A stretch of 64,000 bases of DNA, taken from NCBI RefSeq assembly GCF_946222285.1, contig NZ_CAMIIP010000003.1; one strand, given 5' to 3'. Shown piece after piece: positions 59,992 to 64,000 of the stretch. The stretch is from an uncultured Rothia sp. (lineage in GTDB: Bacteria; Actinomycetota; Actinomycetes; Actinomycetales; Micrococcaceae). Position numbers and translations under genes: made by a program. Position 1 is the stretch's first letter, and the number at the start of each line of letters is the position of its first letter. Below the pieces are notes generated by a model. It was given only the letters and a program-made list of their open reading frames with translations. It was not told the origin of the DNA and ran no database searches.

Positions 59992-61296
59992 ATGACTTAC
60001 TCACCACGTTACAAAGCCTCAGACCGACCAGCTGTGATTGAAGAGGCTCTTATTCAAATTGGTAGCTGGCTTCTACATACTGTAAAAGCTGAACCCGGTT
60101 GGAATGAGCTTGTGCTTGATATTAAGCCTTTCTCTGATCAGATTTTTGTACGCATCACTGAATCACGTGAAGATGAAGACTTTGTGGGGAGTATTGGTCC
60201 GCTCAAAAAGGAATCACCGGTTATTCCGGGTATTCAAAAACTTCAGCACGGAGCCTATGACGAGCGTGAGGGTACCTGGTTTACCGCAAGCGTGGTGGTT
60301 ACCGCTAAAAATTGGCCTAACCCTGAATATGAAATTGGTGCTGCCTACAATCGTCAGGATGAACCTCAGGACTGGGAAGGTGAAGGCCGACTGACAGCTC
60401 GTGAGCTACGTGCTCACCTTGAAGAATTTCCTCGTGACGAAAACCAGATTCCTGCTTGGGGCGTAGCCCGATTGAACGGGCGGCGACGACCGGAATCTGC
60501 AATCGACTATGAGAAGCCTAATTCCTATCTATCGACAGTTCTGGAGCAGGGCGCGGGAGAGCGCACGGACTTCAACGTAATTAACGTTTTGCGGGCGGCT
60601 CTGGGCGGCGAAATTTTGCTGGATATTTCGGATTCAGACTTTGTTCCTTTGGGCTCTCAGAAGGTCGGTCCGCAATCGGTAATCCGCTATCGAGTTTTGC
60701 GATTGAGCAACGGTGTCCGAGCTCTGTGTCTATATTCAAGTTCTCAATTTGTTTACGAAGAACACTCTCGCCACGGTTCGGAAGGCGAACCTGTGATTCG
60801 CCGCGATTACGTTACTAAAATCTTCCGTGAATTCATTGCCGATAAATCCTGTGACGTGATTGTTGTTGATCCGGGAACAGCACAGGAGTGTTTCATTGAG
60901 AAGCCTCAGGTTGAGTGGGTGTTGAAAACACCTCACAATGAAGCTACTAAGAACGCTCTTTTGGCAGGAAATATGCAAATTCTTCTTGCCTCACTTGTTG
61001 CTCCTGGAGCTGTTCTTCTGATGGGTGTACGCCCGGGAGAAGATACTCCGGTCTTTGTTCCGGCTCCTGAGGGCGAAAAGCCTAATACTATGCTGGTGTT
61101 CACCTCCGCAGCAGAAATCGCCGCTCTTGATCCTTCGCTAGAGGTGCGTTCTGCTCCGGCACTCGATATTCTCAAGTTTGCAGAGCAACTTAAAGTTACC
61201 GCAGTCCGTATCAATGCAATGAACCCGTCTGCAACCCTTCCCATGAAGCAGGTGCGCGAACTTATCGCGATTGTTGACGCATCGGTTGCCGCCTAG
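59992..61296 (+). CDS. SseB-domain protein with an immunity-like N-terminal domain
   Basis: LYSS and LVFTSAAEI..INA SseB-like repeats; N-terminal GTWF..DEP.W..LEEFPR..PAW. Confidence 0.65.
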   Translation: MTYSPRYKASDRPAVIEEALIQIGSWLLHTVKAEPGWNELVLDIKPFSDQIFVRITESREDEDFVGSIGPLKKESPVIPGIQKLQHGAYDEREGTWFTASVVVTAKNWPNPEYEIGAAYNRQDEPQDWEGEGRLTARELRAHLEEFPRDENQIPAWGVARLNGRRRPESAIDYEKPNSYLSTVLEQGAGERTDFNVINVLRAALGGEILLDISDSDFVPLGSQKVGPQSVIRYRVLRLSNGVRALCLYSSSQFVYEEHSRHGSEGEPVIRRDYVTKIFREFIADKSCDVIVVDPGTAQECFIEKPQVEWVLKTPHNEATKNALLAGNMQILLASLVAPGAVLLMGVRPGEDTPVFVPAPEGEKPNTMLVFTSAAEIAALDPSLEVRSAPALDILKFAEQLKVTAVRINAMNPSATLPMKQVRELIAIVDASVAA

Positions 61297-61331
61297 ATTA
61301 GAGCAATAAAATGAGGCTATGCCTCGAAGAT

Positions 61332-61862
61332 TTATGAGTAAGAAGCTGAGCCCAGTATAGATTGGGCTTCAGCTTCTTGCTGTATAGCGAGGTTATGTTC
61401 AGCTTTAGTTTGGCAGTCTTTGCAAATACCTTGGTAGAGCACGTCTGCTGATAATAAAACCATGCCGTGCCTATTGCTGGGAGTAAGGCAGGGAGCTTGA
61501 CCAATAGCGCAGTCTACATCCTCGACTTTTCCACAGCGAATACAAAAAGCGTGGTGATGGTTATCGCCTATACGCGTTTCGTAGAGCGCCGGAGTTCCAG
61601 GAGGTTCAAATCTGCTGAGCATTCCAATTTCGGCTAAATCGGCAAGCACCACGTAGACAGATTGAACCCTCATCGTGGGAATTTCTTGACGCACAATATT
61701 GACAATGATGTCAGCGGTGGAATGGGGGCTTTGTTGAACTGCTCGTAACACGGCAAGGCGTTGTTTAGTAACGCGGCGACCTTTATTACGTAGCGTTGTT
61801 GACCATGCGTCAGTGAGTCTATCCGGTGTGAGTGCTGAATCTTGATGCACAAAAGCCTCCAA
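61332..61862 (-). CDS. Fur family regulator (FurA/CatR-like)
   Basis: RVTKQR, QSVY, DNHHHAFCIRC, GICKDC. Confidence 0.9.
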   Translation of the reverse strand: MEAFVHQDSALTPDRLTDAWSTTLRNKGRRVTKQRLAVLRAVQQSPHSTADIIVNIVRQEIPTMRVQSVYVVLADLAEIGMLSRFEPPGTPALYETRIGDNHHHAFCIRCGKVEDVDCAIGQAPCLTPSNRHGMVLLSADVLYQGICKDCQTKAEHNLAIQQEAEAQSILGSASYS

Positions 61863-61888
61863 ATCTGAGATGTACTACAGAAAAATTC

Positions 61889-61909
61889 TATTTTGAATTA
61901 CTCACAATA
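61889..61909. promoter_or_regulatory. Probable FurA-type autoregulatory operator
   Basis: Imperfect AT-rich palindrome TATTTTGA-attac-TCACAATA just upstream of fur. Confidence 0.5.
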
Positions 61910-62356
61910 ACAAATTGATGGAGTGAAATCCCCTTAGGTTCAAGGGAAAGATGGGTATAAACCCTTCCTTAAAAAACTTTTTAAATAATTTTTTATTTTT
62001 CCGTCACGAATCGTTACGAGATCGCTCTTATCTAGTGACGGTGTAAAAACCGTTCTTCATATCAAATGCTTGTGGTGTTTGTGCCGCTTTGAGAAACAGT
62101 TCTCTTCGCACCGGCGGTAACAGCTTCAAGATCTGCTACGAAGCAGAATATGATGGTGGTTCTTATTGGGGAATAGGAGCCAAATACAAATTAGGTATGC
62201 AATACCGGATATATCGCAAGAATGCAGATAAGTGCCGGCATTGCTCAACCTTTCGCAAAGGAACAAAAGGGGTCGCATCCTTTTGGTAACGAAGCGGAGG
62301 GTAGAAATATCTCAAAGAAGAGATAGGCACGTATGCCGCACCGAGTGTAAGCTCGA

Positions 62357-62390
62357 AACGGACCTGCACTGTAGGGAGTGCAGGTCCGTT
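62357..62390. terminator. 14-bp perfect hairpin (terminator-like)
   Basis: AACGGACCTGCACT-gtaggg-AGTGCAGGTCCGTT. Confidence 0.6.
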
Positions 62391-62587
62391 ATATTTCCAA
62401 AATTTTAAGTATGCCTGAAGGGTCTGCACATCATTTTCTCAGGTATATTTGTTGTTGTGCCCTCCAATGGGTCCACAGTATGCTGGGTGATACAAGTGAT
62501 TAAAGTGGGCTATAATAAGGTTGGGCAAAAGTAGAGTTCGATTTTCGCGATAGAAAGCGAATACACCAGAGAAACATAGGAACAAAA

Positions 62588-64000
62588 ATGCAAACGCAAC
62601 ATACGCTAGCGGGTTCTGGGGGAAGAACCGACGAAGTTCTACTTTTAGAAGTTCTCGATGGCAAGCTTGAGGCATACGGTGAGCTCTATGAGCGTTATTA
62701 CCCGATGGCTCGCGCCATCGCTTTCAAGCACACTTCAAATGCAACTCGGGTCGACGATATAGTCTCCGAGGCGTTTGCGCGTATCCTTCAGGCTCTGAAA
62801 AATGGAAAGGGCCCCCACTCTTATATGGGCGGTTACCTTGCTACTACTATTGCTCACCTTGCCGGCGAGCACGGTCTGCTTGCGCAGAAAGAAATTCCCA
62901 GTGAACAAGAACACCTTGAGTCAATGGGCACTCTTGATGAAACCGTTATTCAGTTGCATGAGTCCGATGAAGTTATTTCAGCTTTCACTTCGCTTCCTGA
63001 ACGATGGCAAACTGTACTGTGGCTAACCGAGATTGAAGCTCGCAAACCTCGCGAGATAGCTGCAGCGATGAACCTCAGCCCTAATGCTGTTTCTGCCCTC
63101 GCCGTCCGCGCTAAAGAAAGTCTCCGAGAAGGTTTTCTGCGTGCTCATCAGAATTCTCCAGCAACTCCGGACTGCAATCGCTTTTCTTCCCACATTAGCC
63201 CCTACGTTCGTGGTTCATTGAGTCAGAAACGCTCAGACGCCCTGCGTTCACATATGGAAACCTGTAACTATTGCACTTCTGAATACCTTTCTCTTGTGGG
63301 TATCAACAAATCCATGCGTAGCTGGATTTTTCCCGTGCTGGCGGGTCTCTCTATCTGGACCACGGACGGAGCAGCAATTGTTGCTCCACTGGCAATGACG
63401 ACGGCTGCCGACCCGCAAATCGTCAGCGCACCGGCTCAGAGCTTGGTGGGATCCGGTTCTACTTCCCATCACACATTTTCGCTGCTTTCGCCAAAGAGCT
63501 GGGGAACTTCTCATCAGTTGCTTGCGGGTGCAGCGACTCTTACTGCTGCTGTAGTTGCAATTTCTGGTGGAATGGTAATTTCTAATCCTTCTCATGAAGT
63601 ACCCCCGCGGGTAGCAACTGAAGATTACTCAACAAACACTCCAGTTGATGCTTCTCAAAAAACACCCACAGAGCGACAGGAAGAAAAACCTGCACCTTTA
63701 GGCGTGCAATTCGACTCTAATCCTTTCAATAGTTTTGCGGCGGAAAGCCAGGCGAAGGCTGCTGAATCTGCAATCGAATCGGCTTTTGACGATCTGGTAA
63801 AGGGGGGAGAAGCCGACACTCGTGATATTGCTGTTTTAGCAGGCGCTGCCGCTCCTCTTAATCTTCGCGATATTGCTGAGGCTACTCTGTCTTCTGATGT
63901 GGCTAAAGAAAGTATTCTTGATAAAGATACTCGTGCGGTAGAAGATAGCTCAAGCACTGAAAAATCTGTAGATGACTCCAAAAATCGTCCTGCTATCGCT
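62588..64000 (+). CDS. ECF sigma factor fused to a ZAS zinc finger, TM segments and a C-terminal extension (3' end outside the window)
   Basis: Absent from the ORF track because it is open-ended: AYGELYERY, DIVSEAF, SLPERWQTVLW, NAVSALAVRA, HMETCNYC, then hydrophobic segments. Confidence 0.9.
   Translation, partial: MQTQHTLAGSGGRTDEVLLLEVLDGKLEAYGELYERYYPMARAIAFKHTSNATRVDDIVSEAFARILQALKNGKGPHSYMGGYLATTIAHLAGEHGLLAQKEIPSEQEHLESMGTLDETVIQLHESDEVISAFTSLPERWQTVLWLTEIEARKPREIAAAMNLSPNAVSALAVRAKESLREGFLRAHQNSPATPDCNRFSSHISPYVRGSLSQKRSDALRSHMETCNYCTSEYLSLVGINKSMRSWIFPVLAGLSIWTTDGAAIVAPLAMTTAADPQIVSAPAQSLVGSGSTSHHTFSLLSPKSWGTSHQLLAGAATLTAAVVAISGGMVISNPSHEVPPRVATEDYSTNTPVDASQKTPTERQEEKPAPLGVQFDSNPFNSFAAESQAKAAESAIESAFDDLVKGGEADTRDIAVLAGAAAPLNLRDIAEATLSSDVAKESILDKDTRAVEDSSSTEKSVDDSKNRPAIA

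Noticed and set aside
62802..63981. Short ORFs listed at the end of the window
   Set aside because: All overlap the open-ended ECF sigma reading frame starting at 62588

Overview
Core-chromosome window of a roughly 50% GC (by eye) Micrococcaceae actinobacterium, most consistent with Rothia (inferred from gene content and order). Gene order: RidA, NUDIX, crp, marP, aroQ, acs, nth, a PolA-like polymerase, a decaying Tad/Flp pilus locus with its DUF1998 helicase, flavin/NADPH oxidoreductases, trhO, GNATs, topA, proC, trkAH, acuC, ArsR and GntR regulators, bS22, a system II cytochrome c maturation operon, a dispersed menaquinone cluster (menA/E/B/C/D/G, hepT), Fur, and an ECF sigma-ZAS fusion that runs off the end. 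No cas genes, IS elements, rRNA or tRNA were recognised. Highlights: (1) the helicase is broken by a 61-bp insertion with exact type I-E CRISPR geometry (29-bp duplication plus 32-bp insert). The insert looks derived from gyrA, so this is a candidate natural off-target spacer integration. (2) Two unannotated paralogous small ORFs between menC and menD share the motif QIFLxPxLTxExRWDxxYDY. (3) tadA and tadC each carry an in-frame amber stop, downstream of two perfect DnaA boxes. (4) Candidate sRNAs and hairpins share a CCCTA loop. All calls were made by eye; no searches were run.
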